From positions 40,660,388 to 40,724,387 of the forward strand of contig NC_092670.1 of assembly GCF_964355755.1 (NCBI RefSeq): a stretch of DNA of 64,000 nt, in the 5' to 3' direction. The notes beneath the pieces were generated by a model, which worked only from the letters and a program-made list of their open reading frames with translations, was not told the origin of the DNA and searched no databases. The stretch comes from Antedon mediterranea. Lineage: Eukaryota; Animalia; Echinodermata. Below, one piece after another: positions 1 through 12,871 of this stretch (positions are counted from its first letter, which is position 1; the number at the start of each line of letters is the position of its first letter). A program made the translations under genes and the position numbers.

Positions 1-1449
1 GTATAATATTTGTTTGTTTCTTTATTTCCATTCAAAAACAAAAAAAATAAACATACATAAATATTCATTACAAAAATGCTTATACAGTATATATTAATAC
101 TTACAGTATGTACAGTACTGTAACTAACTATTTATACATCAAAATGCAAATTATTTAATTTGAAATATAAATTATGAAGACTAATTGTATACAGTAGGTT
201 TTCGAAGTGTATTTATTTGTCGTTTTTAAGATCATAAATTAAAAACAAATTATTAAAAAAGCATTGTATACTGTACTTATTAATTTAATTATGTATGACC
301 TATGACCTAATGAACATGAATTTATGATGAATGAATACATTAATATTTGCCCTTGATTGTTTTAAACGATATCCAAGCAGCATCACATTAATCACATTAT
401 GATGTCATTCATTAATCATCATTTTGTCTTTCTTAATTTTGTTCACAATCCTTAAGACTTAAAGATTAAGTCTAATAATACATTTAAAAAAAAGTAAAAA
501 CATAAAATCTATAATATTTATAAAATTTAGTTATCTTAATTTAAAGATTTCTTGTTTTCAATCCCATAATGCTAGTGAAAGTGAAAACATAAAATATGAT
601 ACTGTACATTACATAATATACTGTATTAGAACATAAAACATTTACATTTTATTAAAAGCTTACAGTATCTTAGTTTAATAAGGATTTCTTGTTTTCAATC
701 CCATAATACCTCTCATCGTGAATAAACATAGAAGAACAGATTAAATTTAAATAAAAAAGGAAATAAAAGTTGTATTCTGTACTGTATCAGTAAGGTAATA
801 TGAAATTAGACTTGATATAAATAGGTGGTGTTTAGCAGCCCACAGCAGACAGGAACCAGGAGAAGGAGAGAAGGATATTAATTTAACTTTATTATTGACG
901 TTCATCCTGCTGTAACAATGTCAAGTTGCAAGTTAATAATGTACCGTACTTAATTTAGTTAATACTGTAATATTTTATATTTAAGTACATTCATTCATGG
1001 TCAACATGGCTTAATATGATACGACCCTGTGTGAAGACACCTTTGGAACTACTAGTGTAACAATATGTCACCATAATTGGGATACTACTGTATCTCCTGA
1101 ATAGGGATTAACCATAGTGCTAATACATTCTTTGTCTTTGTGTCACAGGAAAGTGTTCCTTTAATATTAGGTTTAGTGCAAATAGTGTGTGCGACGCATG
1201 GTGGGTACGGCTTTGGAGCAAATTTCACGACATGTACAGTACGTGATTTGTTGTACGTACATACACGTTGTGCCGTTTGCTCCCATCATGCTTTGTGCAA
1301 TGACGTTCCTCGCGAAATCAAGCCATTTGCAATAAACCTTACAGTACTTCGTAGGGTTTTCCTTCAATAAGGATGTACAGTACCAAAAAGGTTTCCGCTG
1401 TTGTAAAAATAAATTTGTCTCAGATTAAATATATATTTAAATTGAAATT

Positions 1450-1862
1450 ACAGTACTGTATCTACAGTACTGTATCTACAGTACTGTATCTACAGTACTG
1501 TATCTACAGTACTGTATCTACAGTACTGTATCTACAGTACTGTATCTACAGTACTGTATCTACAGTACTATATCTACAGTACTGTCAGTACTGTATCTAC
1601 AGTACTATATCTACAGTACTGTCAGTACTGTATCTACAGTACTATATCTACAGTACTGTATCTACAGTACTATATCTACAGTACTGTCAGTACTGTATCT
1701 ACAGTACTATATCTACAGTACTGTATCTACAGTACTATATCTACAGTACTGTCAGTACTGTATCTACAGTACTATATCTACAGTACTGTATCTACAGTAC
1801 TATATCTACAGTACTGTCAGTACTGTATCTACAGTACTATATTCTACAGTACTGTATCTATA
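1450..1862. repeat. Minisatellite of ~14-bp unit CAGTACTGTATCTA built on the palindrome TACAGTACTGTA
   Basis: Tandem units read directly. Explains the spurious 171-aa ORF 1373..1888. Confidence 0.95.
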
Positions 1863-2240
1863 CTATACATCTGCTGCACATTCCCTAATTATGACTTACA
1901 GTAGTGTACTGTAGTTATGATAATTGAGCCCTCTATAATGACACCAATTAGAACTGCTTACAGCTGCTAATCGCATACAGTACAGTGTGATATTTAAATT
2001 TTTGTTGAGCAAAGGTCATGTTGACTACTGTACTTACAGTATTTGTAGGTATCATTCCTTTTGCCTAACATTTGGTAAATTTTTAAAATTACTTACTTAT
2101 AATTAAATACTGTATGTATTTTGACAAGTAAGCAGCAGGTTAAAAACATGCAATTCATTTCCAGTCCATTTTAAAATAAGATACAGCTCTTAAAAATTGT
2201 AAAATGAAGTGCTAAACATACTACTGTACAGTACAGTATA

Positions 2241-2411
2241 AGGCCAATTTACACAGATGAGCGGTAACGGTAAGCAGAAAAGCAGTTGCTTGTCCCATTT
2301 ATAATCTGTATCTATCCTGAGTGGAAACTACCCGTCCGCTCCACGCTGTGTGTAAATAAAGAATAACATAGATTCTATATTTTTATTACCATCTACCGTG
2401 TAAATTGGCCT
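2241..2411. mobile_element. MITE, PIF/Harbinger-like
   Basis: Terminal inverted repeats AGGCCAATTTACAC...GTGTAAATTGGCCT with TA/TTA flanks. Confidence 0.65.
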
Positions 2412-2858
2412 TTAATGTCCTCAATCTTTTGCATTGTAAATTTCAAAATTATATTTGCCTGTGCAATTTACACAATCAAACATTTTTAATGAATTTAAAA
2501 ACTATTGTAAATAAGAGCTTTGAAACATACAGTACAGTACTAATTTAAAGATATGTTGGGGAGTAAACATCATTATCATCATCATTATCATGACATCATC
2601 ATGACATCATCATTATAAATACATTCAATACAAATAATGGCATTAATAATGTGAAACAATTATGAAAGTTTTCTTGGAAAGGTTGTTTAAAAAGTAAATT
2701 ACTCATAAAATAATAAATATAATTTTATTGCTATAGTAATTATTCACCAAATACAACTTTATTACTAATTATGCAATTTTGTATTTATTAAACAGAGCCT
2801 GGTTGGTAGCCTCAAGAAACGTAGAGAACGCGTTTCAGCAAACAATCACAAGAAGATC

Positions 2859-5800
2859 ATGGTAAGAACACGATTATTAAACAAGTTATATTTCTGTTAT
2901 AAATACTTTTTCAGCAATTTATTTTCTCAGCTTTACTTCACATCTACAGTACAGGTACCACCAGTTACATCTTCCTCCAAATATTGTCTGTTTTTTCCCT
3001 ACTGTACATTTCTTTATTTTTCCTCTGCAAAATCACAGCTGTTTTCTCTACTGTACACTGTACCAAGCCTAGTATTTTTAATTTCTGTTCCCTGATTTAC
3101 AGTACTTCCTCATTTAGAGGTGTTTTATCATTTTAATAAAACTTAAAGATGTATTGTCCCTTGAAACACAAAAAAATAAAAAATAAAATATTCTCAATTT
3201 AAATTGGCCATATCAAAGTAATATTAAAGTTATTAACTTTAAGTCGAAAATTCGAGCCAAAAACAACAGTTTACGTAATTAACAGGTAAATTAATTAGAT
3301 TACATTTCGTCGGAGAAATCGTCGCAAGCGAAAGTAAACAAAGATTTCAAACCATGATTATGCATGATGCTAATTAGGATTGTTTACAACTCATCACGGT
3401 TGAGAAGGTGTTTTCACACAGATCGCGAGGAAGTTTTATGATTATGCATACAGAGTAGCCAAACAAGCGCATTGCATTATGGGATATGTTTTGATTGAAA
3501 ACTTTGACTGGAAGTCAAAGTTATTTTTTTAACAAAAAACATCTGTATTTCGGTTAAATAATTTTTTTTTTTGACTAATTTTTGGTGAAAGTTAATAACT
3601 ATTATGATACTTAAAAATGACCCACTTTTTTTCGAAATTAAAAAAAAAAATTTTTTTTTGGAATTAGTCAAAGGGACAATACATCTTTAATAAAACTACT
3701 GTAGCTATTTTAAGTTTATTCAGTACACTGTATACTACAGTAACTCAAATCCTACAGGATGATGTGTGATATTTATAAATTCTGAGATAGGCACTATTGT
3801 TTATATTTTGCATTCAGAAGTAGGACGGTGTTTGTCTGTCCGTGAGGTGTGTACCAAACACACGCTATAGGATTAAGAATATAAACTTAAGTGTGACCCT
3901 AAATATACCGGTTATAAGAGACAGTGATTGATTGCATTTAGATTGAATCCACTGCATGTAATACTTCTTAATCAATTGTAATTCCTTACGTGTGTAGATC
4001 ATGTTCTGGACTGTTGTGTTTAAAGCTCTGTCTACACTATGAAACTTTATGTGATGTGCCCATATATATGGACATGGTGATGATTTCATATCACTGCCAT
4101 ATTTGTGCATATCACTGCCATATTTGGGCACATCATATGTCACAAAAAATTCAATAGTGTAAACAGATTGAGAATTAGGAAACAAATCATTAATTTTATA
4201 AATTCAACGTCTGTACCTTGCACACCAAGTCAGCAACTATTGTGAAAATAAAAATAAATTCATTTTGAATAAATTAATAAATACCATATTACTATAGCTC
4301 ATTGGGTTTAAACCCACCCCTTCTCTCCCAATTTTGTGTGGTCAATGGGAGTTGTTTGCTCACTGTGTACAATACCTTCACAAATGGTATTATTAATATA
4401 CAGTACTAACAATTGTTAGTTTTGAATGTTTTTGATGACATTTTGCTTCTTATACAAATGACAGGAAGAAGAAGTATGTGATCCAAATATAGTGCATTCA
4501 GTAGCATCTCTATCAAGTACGAATGACGGCGCCACCATACCATGTCAAATACCACCCTCGTCCGCTCGTAAAAGAAAACAAATGGTACCAAAACCGATAA
4601 GAGATAAAACAGAAACTGATGACGTTGATGTTATTAATGATGATGGAGACGCACAGGGGTGCAGCAGTGGTAACCAGTGGAATCTAACGCCAAATAAAAA
4701 ACCTGGTAAGATTTTTATGTTTTTTAAACTTTGAATTAGAGAACGAGGTTTACAAGCATGATCAGATCAGAATTCATCTACTGTACATTACTGTACTGTA
4801 CAGTATCTTACAGTACTGTATGTAAATGAAATATTGATATAACACATATTAATGTATTCAATTCTGAATGTTCCTAATTCAATGTCATCATTTATCATTA
4901 ATTCAGTAAATTTGCCTGAGTCTTGAGGTTACAGTATTATAGATGTCTACTGTAAAATAGAGCAGAAAAACAAAATAATACTAAATATTAAATCTTATTG
5001 AGAATGAACAAAAAAAATTAAATCTGTATCTTTAATTAATTTTCGGTTATCTAGATGTTTCTTGGGAGTGAAATTAGGTTGAGTGAAGGCCTTAAATAGC
5101 CTTAGGCCAAAAGTGAGTGTGCCACCCAGCACAATCTCTACAGTATCTGAAATAAATGAAAATGTTCATCTTGTAATTTAAAAATATAAAATAAAATTGA
5201 TACTGTAGCAAAATTAATTGACAACAAAAGTTTTAAATATACTGGTACAGTATAACATGCTTTAACAATAATAAATCATCAGATAATGTATGTTTTTTTG
5301 TAAACATTGTATTAATGCCTATGGAACATGAATTTAAAAGATTTAACATTAAAACAAGAATTAAAATATTCATTGTTTTTAAATTTTGAAATCCCATCAA
5401 AAAGAAAATAAATCTTTTAATTCCTCAAAGATAAATTTAAATTGTAAAATTAAATTGAAATATGTTGATTTCAAGTTAGGGAATTATAAATTAAAAAGTG
5501 GAATAAATCTATTAATTCTTACAGGGTATGTAAAGCTCTGTCTACGCTATCAAACTTTACAAAAAAAAGTGTGATGTAGCCATATATTGACATGATGATG
5601 TCATATCACTACCATATTTGGACATATCACTACCATATTTGCATACATCACACTTTTTTGTCAAACTAATTTGATAGTGTAGACAGAACTTTAGAGAATA
5701 CAATTTAGATTCTAATTTAGCATGTGTACCTGTACAGTACATAAAATGTATATTTGTGAGGCATTTCAAACCATATTTATCTACTGTACATATTCCACAG

Positions 5801-8800
5801 TATTCATCATACTAATATAACAAATCTATAGAAGTATGTAACAGCAATATGTAATGCATATAAAGTATACTTTAAAATGTTTATTTTGTGTTCATGATGT
5901 ACAGTATGTCGTAGTTAAATGAAATGGATTGCAAGAGCATTTGAGTGAACCCTTAGGGGGATTAGTGAGCCATTATTGGATCAGGATCTGTGTTTGATTG
6001 AGAGCTAAGCAGGAAGGCCACATCACACTCTCTTAATACACTAATCCCCTGTACGTTTCAGCCCTGCCAACAGATCAGCTTGCGTTGCCAAATGCCCAGC
6101 TAGACACGTACGACTTCACGAATCAAGATCTCTGATTTGTTCGTGAGATAATCTCATGGGGGATTATCGGGAAAGGGCACCATTATCAGCTTACAGGATT
6201 AAAGCCGGATTAGTGACTCAGAAGAAAATTTGATAGAATTATGATTTTAATACAATCCATTTGCGTTTAGATCTGATGGGCTTTCGGCAAACGACTTCAG
6301 TTTTTACATATTTATTTTGAGATAAAATGTTTTCATTGCCTGCCCACTCATACTCTGACGTGTTTGTAACATAAAAGTCAATATAGCTATTTCCATTGTA
6401 AAGCCTATGTATTTAAACTTATAATACTGTAATACTGTTCTCAGATATTATTTAAAGAAATCTGTAATAATAGTTGAGTTACATTTTTTACAATTTGTAG
6501 TATGTACAGTATATTTTACAGTATGTAAAACTTTATTTAAATCTAATAATTTAACACTTTATAATCTGTTACTGCATTTCATTTTACCCTGTTGTTTTGT
6601 TTATTCTTTGTCTTTGTAAATGTAATACTAAAGTCTGTATTTTAAAAATCAATATTTTATTACAAAAGGTGAATTACAGTAACGAATATGAATACTATTG
6701 ATTATTGTACTGATGAGGAAAAATGATTCTTGAAACATGATGCTTAAATTTAAAACTGTTTTTATCGTTATTAAATACTGTACCTTGTTATACTTGCTGT
6801 ACAGTCTGCTTTATCCTCATCCGTAATTTTTGTGGTATAATTTAATATGAATACACATTTTGAAACACTGGTATATTGAATTATCATTTTAAAATGAAAA
6901 ATGTTTTTCAGTTGGTAAAATGTTACCATTGCACTGCATAGTGGAACAGTTTGAACAGCTCCCTCAACAGAAAGAAGAATATGCGATAGTTTCGTCCGAA
7001 TTAGTTATCAAAGACTTGCTTAAAACTGTATTGTGCAAGATTGGAGTTCGATGTCTTGAAAAATTCTACATTGAAGGTATGTGCAAAGAACGTCATTTTG
7101 TGCATAACTTACCTGGATAAACTAAATATAGACTATGCTCAATTAATTAAACACCCTATTCATAAATAGTATAATCTTATACCTCCACAGTGATGCTACA
7201 AAGAAGAGGGCGCTGCTTATTATGGTTAAACTGTAGAAACCCCAAATCCACTATTTGTGATATTACACAGTACTCACTTAAAGTTTTAAGTCAGATGATA
7301 AAATTGGAAGATATGTTAAAGTTTTGCCCAAATTTGTATCAAATACTAGGCAGTTTGTTCTGAGCCATTGGTACTACTTTTGCTTATGATATAATACTTA
7401 TAAATGTTGAATTTTTTTAATTGTGAGTGACGAGATATAAATTCTCATTTCGTGAGTTCTCAATAACAAGATCTCATTTTGAGGCTGGATTAGAGGTGCG
7501 CCATAGGTTTAACAATAACATTCTTACATTTTAGGTCATCTACAAGTACGAAATTGGAAACCGTTGCCGTTTAGTGCGATTTGCGACGACAAGGAGACCA
7601 CGATTGGACATCTTTTTGGTGAAATCATTTCTCATGTGTCATTGATTATTAAGCTTAAGAAACGGTAGGTTGATATGAGTACCTGGTGAGATTTGGTTCA
7701 AATCATAAAATTCATACTCTTATTCATACAAAATGAGTAGTGGTTGCTGCTTGCATCTGGGAGGAGAAGTACTGTAAACAATATCACATGGCTTGATATA
7801 TTAATGTTACTACAAAAATATAATAGTATTTTTGATGCTAAATCTTTTACCTTTCTTGGTATAAGCCATGGAATGCTAAATGATATCATTAATATTCATG
7901 AAGTTGTCATTAATATTCATGAAGTTGTCATTAATATTCATGAGTTGACACCCACTAAAGACGATACACATCTTTTATACCTTATTATTCATGAAAATCA
8001 GAACTGTATTCCGTTTTATTTACTAGCTGATTCTCGAGGCTGATAATTTGTTTAGTAGTTTTTATGTTAAGGTTAGGTTAGGCATATGGCTTGCCATAGC
8101 TTCACATGTGATGTACATGTGACACTACATTACATAATTGTACTGGATAGATAATGCGGAGATTCAGTACAGAGAATTGGGTCTATTTGCTCAATGTTAA
8201 AAATGAACATATCTACTATAATCGATTTATTTCAACCGTCTAAGTTTGGAATTTGATCCTTGTCTCTTTTCTTGTTTTTATAATTTCCTATTTAATTATT
8301 TATTTCAGTATTATTTCTAGGTATTTTCTATTTTAGAGTTTCTATTTCTGATACATTTTAAAAAATTCAAGATAATAAATAATTTCATAAAAACCATAAT
8401 TCATTGATTATAATGGTTGATGATATACCTGTATTTAATCATGTTATTTAAACGCTAAATTAAAACAACATACATTACATACATTACATACATTACAACA
8501 TACATTACAATACCAGCATTTTGATTACATTTGATACTATGTATTTTACTGTACAACATTCTGTTTCTATTTTTAGAATGGAGTCTACATCCTGGTTACC
8601 TAACCAGATGATGAATGCGGGTTCGCTCAGGCATGACGAATCACAACAAGGAAATAAGAATAGTAGTAACACACTGCATGATGTAGCCACCAAAATAAAA
8701 CAGCTGATTGATAAAAGAGGTCCATCGATGCTTGTCTGCCATGGATGTCCATTCTCACAGGTTATTACCCTTTGCAGCTTTTCATTTTCACACGCACCAC

Positions 8801-10736
8801 CCATCTACTCACCTCACAATATTTAAAAACATTCTGCACATGCTCAGAAACAAATAAACATGTTTGGATTGATTGTTGTTGATTTAATAGCTGTGTATTC
8901 ATGTGACACTTCATGAAAACAAAATGCTATTATTTCTTTCAGGAAGCAAAATTATTACTTGTTTGTTTAGTAAATTTAGCAAAGTAATAAATTATGATTC
9001 TGGTGTGTGAACACACCTTTTTTCTGACTGTTTCTGCCATTTCACACTAATTTTCATTCAGCACACCTACCATATTTTAAACAATAATATAATTTTTTAA
9101 TTTGAATTAGGCAAACTTTAGGCAATTATTATTACAATACTTTCTTTTTTAGTCAAATGATTAATTATATGAGTAAAAGAAAAAAGTGTTTAAAAAGTAA
9201 TGTTTCACATTTCAGAATGTTATAAATCAGATTCTGAGTGGGAAATGCAGCAAATTGATATCATCTGAAAAAGTGACCGCATTTTACTTATGGTTCAACA
9301 TCTACAGTCGGCTTGCTGACAATACATTGATACCCGCCGAGAAACTGGACAGCACAAGCTCTACAAAGTTCATGCCTCGTAGGGTCAGAGGTCAAAGGAC
9401 ACTATTTGACCCTAGGTATGAAATACCATTACTGTTTAAATGGTATCGCTTGAATCCGCGTCCTAGTCGATTGGAATTGGAAGCTTACCTGTCACAGTTG
9501 AATTCTTCTGAAAGACGTAGAAACGGCCATCCTCTGCAGTATTCCTCGCTTGCAATATGGTTTAAAAATGCCCGTGCTAAATATCGAGATTTTACCAAAA
9601 TTCCATCAATGTATAGATTTGACCGCAATGATGGTCACTCGTTGCCGTTAAATTACAGCCAGAAGCATTATTCTCCAAGACGGATGATAGAGTTGCAAGA
9701 TCTGTCGCAACCAGACAGCAACACACGGCAGGATCCAACAGCTCAGGCCTTGGAAACGCTGTCAAATGTGGCGACTAAAGTTGCAAGTAGTCTAGCTATG
9801 AGCTCGGTGAGCAGTAGGTTATCATCCTTAAGCTCAGATACAATGGCATGCAGCCAGCTTAACGAGAGATACAATACCGTGTTGCAACATCACCGGCAAA
9901 TGAAGGATGTTGTTGAATCACAGCCTAACAGAACTTCAAAAACTACTTTAACTGTTCCTCAACCGTTAGTTCCCATACTAGTCGGTCGGCATCAGCCGTG
10001 GCAAAATATCGTCAGACAAAGTGCCGCATCAAATGGTGCCCCCAGCGCTGCTCCACCTACCTCCAGTATTATTAGAGCAAGAACCACAACCCCTCCGGCC
10101 CCAGCTAGACCCCATGTGTCGCTGAAAGGTAAAGTTTCCGTTCCGTGTCCACGCAAAAGATTTAATATTCACCCAACGCTTGAAGCTCCTCGGTTAGAAT
10201 CATGGTTCACTGTCACACCAAAACCTGATAGAGAAATAATTCGCGTTTATGCAACACAACTTAACAACACCGACTTCAGACGTTCTCGTGATAAATACAC
10301 CAGCCGAATAATATACGTATGGTTTAAAAACCGCAGAGCGAAACAAAATCGTTTGCAACAACGAAGTGGTATTAAAGACGGCAGCGCTGTTGGATATCCT
10401 TCCGTCGGAAGCTCTGAAGATGGCATGGAAATTGATCCGTGCGATGGATCAGACATGGAAAGCAATTTTTCCGGAAATCAATCCGCTGATCAGTCTTTTA
10501 ATTATTCTCACGGAGATCATTTGAAGTTGGAGTCGTGGTTCCAGGATAATCCTGAACCAACGCCGGAGATGCTTGACAAGTATACAAACGAACTCAATTG
10601 TGAGGGGTCATCGAGAGGTCATAAAATGGACGTTGAAGCAGTGAGCCAATGGTTTATTTCCAGGAGAGAGACAGTGACTGTTATTAAGGAGGAACCAGAC
10701 ATGTATATGCAGCCTAGTGATGACGATAACAGGTAA
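2859..10736 (+). CDS. dve: SATB/Compass (defective proventriculus-like) homeobox protein: ULD + divergent CUTL + 2 K50 homeodomains + 1 degenerate homeodomain
   Basis: Phase-consistent GT-AG exons: 2796-2861 (ATG 2859; true start may be upstream), 4465-4705, 6912-7076, 7535-7664, 8577-8760, 9216-10736. ULD motifs MLPLHCIVEQ...EYAIV and GHLQVRNWKPLPF. CUTL-like CPFSQ/NVINQILSG...AFYLWF. Atypical homeodomains with an insertion, ending WFKNARAK and WFKNRRAK. Confidence 0.85.
3147..3686. mobile_element. Non-autonomous Kolobok-type DNA transposon
   Basis: TIR AGATGTATTGTCCCT...AGGGACAATACATCT, TTAA TSD at 3143-3146 and 3687-3690. Confidence 0.8.
4024..4169. mobile_element. MITE family A (TIR AGCTCTGTCTACACTATCAAAC), degenerate copy
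   Basis: Same sequence as the copies at 5534, 10799, ~37680 and 41554. Confidence 0.75.
5534..5690. mobile_element. MITE family A copy
   Basis: TIRs AGCTCTGTCTAC..CTATCAAA / TTTGATAGTGTAGACAGAACT with TAA/TTA flanks (Harbinger-like 3-bp TSD). Confidence 0.8.
5955..6222. promoter_or_regulatory. Candidate intronic enhancer: cluster of K50-homeodomain sites (GGATTA/TAATCC) plus an AP-1 site
   Basis: GGATTA at 5959, 6161, 6196 and 6207; TAATCC at 6042; TGACTCA at 6214. Locally GC-richer than the rest of the intron. Confidence 0.5.
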
Positions 10737-10798
10737 TTTTACTGAAACCTTCTCATATTCAAAGTCAAAAATAAATTCAGCACTGATGAAGTAGCTAA

Positions 10799-10936
10799 AG
10801 CTCTGTCTACACTATCAAACATTATGTGGCAACAAAATGTGATGTGCCCATATATGGACATGATGATGTCATATCACTACCATATTTAGGCACACACTTG
10901 TTTTTGTCAAACTAGCTTGATAGTGTAGACAGATCT
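10799..10936. mobile_element. MITE family A copy
   Basis: TIRs as above, TAA on both sides. Confidence 0.8.
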
Positions 10937-11048
10937 TAATAGTAGCTTATATTTTCAATATTTAAAGTACTGTAATAACTGATCAGGAAAGATTGTTCCC
11001 CACCAAAAGATAACTGGAAGCATAATATTTCAAGTTGTACTGAGTATT

Positions 11049-11531
11049 AGGGAGGTTTCGCAATCTTACGAAAACGAATACGTCGCGCATTCGTTTTTCG
11101 TAAGCCAGTAAAAATCTGTTTCGCATGGCAACGAAATATTGAGGGCCCCGTCCTTAATATGACTGCGGTAAATTTGAGCGAAGCGCGGGTACGTGGTGCT
11201 TGGTGCTTGGCTGCCTAGGCCTAGCGTAACATCAAACCGAGTGAGGACTTTAAAAACTGCTATTTATCAAAATTGACCTGGCATTTTAGTAAATTACTTT
11301 AGTAAATTACTTCCAATAAAAGTATCATTATTTTATAATCATGAATCATTCCTGATTAAAATGCAAAATAGCTCAAAAACTTTACTCGTTTTGTAGTTAC
11401 GAATATGACTGGTGATATTCGTCAACACGAATACGCTTTACGAATATGAAATAGGGATCAGCTCAAAAGTTTCACAAATGTGTGACGTATCCGTTTTCGT
11501 TATCGTATTCGTAAGGTTGCGAAACCTCCCT
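11049..11531. mobile_element. Non-autonomous DNA transposon (Harbinger/ISL2EU-like)
   Basis: TIR AGGGAGGTTTCGCAA..CTTACGAA / TTCGTAAGGTTGCGAAACCTCCCT, 3-bp TSD ATT. Confidence 0.8.
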
Positions 11532-11624
11532 ATTTACTTCAACAAGACATCTCAAAGTTAGGGAAAAATCTCTTTACTATGTTTCCATTTCTTTATAATA
11601 ATTGAATTTGTAAATATTTTTTAG

Positions 11625-12871
11625 TGATGATTGGAATGATGTGAAAGTACGTCATTCAGTATTGGAGTTGTTAAAAGACTTAAATCAAACAAGGCTTGCT
11701 CAGATAAGCCCATTATCACAGGTAAGTACGTACTTAATGTATGTCCAGAAATACTCGTCCCTTATGCAGTACTTTTCAAGTTTCATAACATTTATTTACA
11801 GACTCTGACATAAAAGATTAATAAAGTACAAAGCAATACAATAATGATAATAGGTCAGCGTTTGAAGGTCCTGAAAGATGAAGAAAAACATCTTGTGTTG
11901 GGTGAGCTTAAAAAAATGAATGAAAAAAGGATAAATAAATAAACTGTATGGAAAAGATAAGTGGGGTCAAGACATGACTGGCTAGTATTTAGAGAAGATA
12001 TAATTTTTTATTTTTACATTCTGAGAGGCAGAGTCTAAAATGGCAGATGGAAGATTTGTCCACAGTGTGGGTCTGGGGTATCTTATATACCACAGTAATA
12101 GTAATTTGTTGTTTATTTTTCTGACAGTCCATGATATCCTGCATAGCTAATGCAAGGTACACAGCAGCTATAAGTAAAGATAAATGCCAAGAGTTTGGAA
12201 GATGGTTCAGAATATACAGGGCTCAAACACAAGGTAAGTAACCCCCTGAAGAAATGTAGAATCCAATGGGCCCAAACACAAGGTATGTAACCCCTACAGA
12301 AAAGGTACTGTAGAATCCAATGGGCCCAAACACAAGGTGTGTAACACCTACAGAAAAGGTACTGTAGAATCCAATTGGCCCAAACACGGATCACCCCATA
12401 GAAAATGGGCCAGGCTGTACATGGTAGAGTCCAATGGGCTTAAATGCAGGGCAAGTAAACCTTAACATGCTTCACCCCATAGAAAATGGGCCAGGCTGTA
12501 CATGGTAGAGTCCAATGGGCTTAAATGCAGGGCAAGTAAACCTTAACATGCTTCACCCCATAGAAAATGGGCCAGGTCATATATGGTAGAGTCCAATGAG
12601 TAAGTAACCCCTATACAAATTATACCTAGGGCTTGTATGGTAGAATCCAATGGGCTCAAGTTATGTATTGTACTTTAGTAATTTAGTCTAGGCCTGGTAT
12701 GATTTTTTTTACCCAGTATGTAAGCAAGGTATGTTCCACCTATTAGCAATTTGGTTTAGGCTCTGCTGAACATTTGGTCACACCTAACATCCTAGCTTTG
12801 TTGTGTGTAAACCAATCAGTTATGTCAACAGGTTTTTTTCTGTTTATTTTGCAGGTTTTGATCATCACTAA
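11625..12871 (+). CDS. Additional 3' exons of the SATB/Compass gene encoding a canonical CUTL domain
   Basis: Exon 11625-11721 (DDWNDVKVRHSVLELLKDLNQTRLAQISPLSQ), exon 12128-12233 (SMISCIANARYTAAISKDKCQEFGRWFRIYRAQTQ) and probable exon 12855-12871 (GFDHH*). All have AG/GT boundaries and closely match SATB1 CUTL as I recall it (W...[33 protein letters not shown]...KCQEFGRWY). Not in the ORF track. Confidence 0.85.
11790..12085 (-). mobile_element. CR1/L2-type LINE 3' relic
   Basis: Minus strand reads PTLWTNLPSAILD (the LWNxLP C-terminal motif), followed by an A-rich tail-like end. Confidence 0.45.
12215..12660. repeat. Degenerate tandem repeats (~50-80 bp) seeded from the exon end and splice donor at 12233
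   Basis: Repeated GAATCCAATGGGCCCAAACACAAGGT and an ~82-bp duplication at 12392-12577. Confidence 0.8.

Noticed and set aside
1373-1888. 171-aa ORF
   Set aside because: Translation of a 14-bp minisatellite; repetitive with no domain.
6700-6745. Hammerhead ribozyme (CTGATGAG...GAAA)
   Set aside because: Stem II is mismatched and no convincing stems I or III are present.
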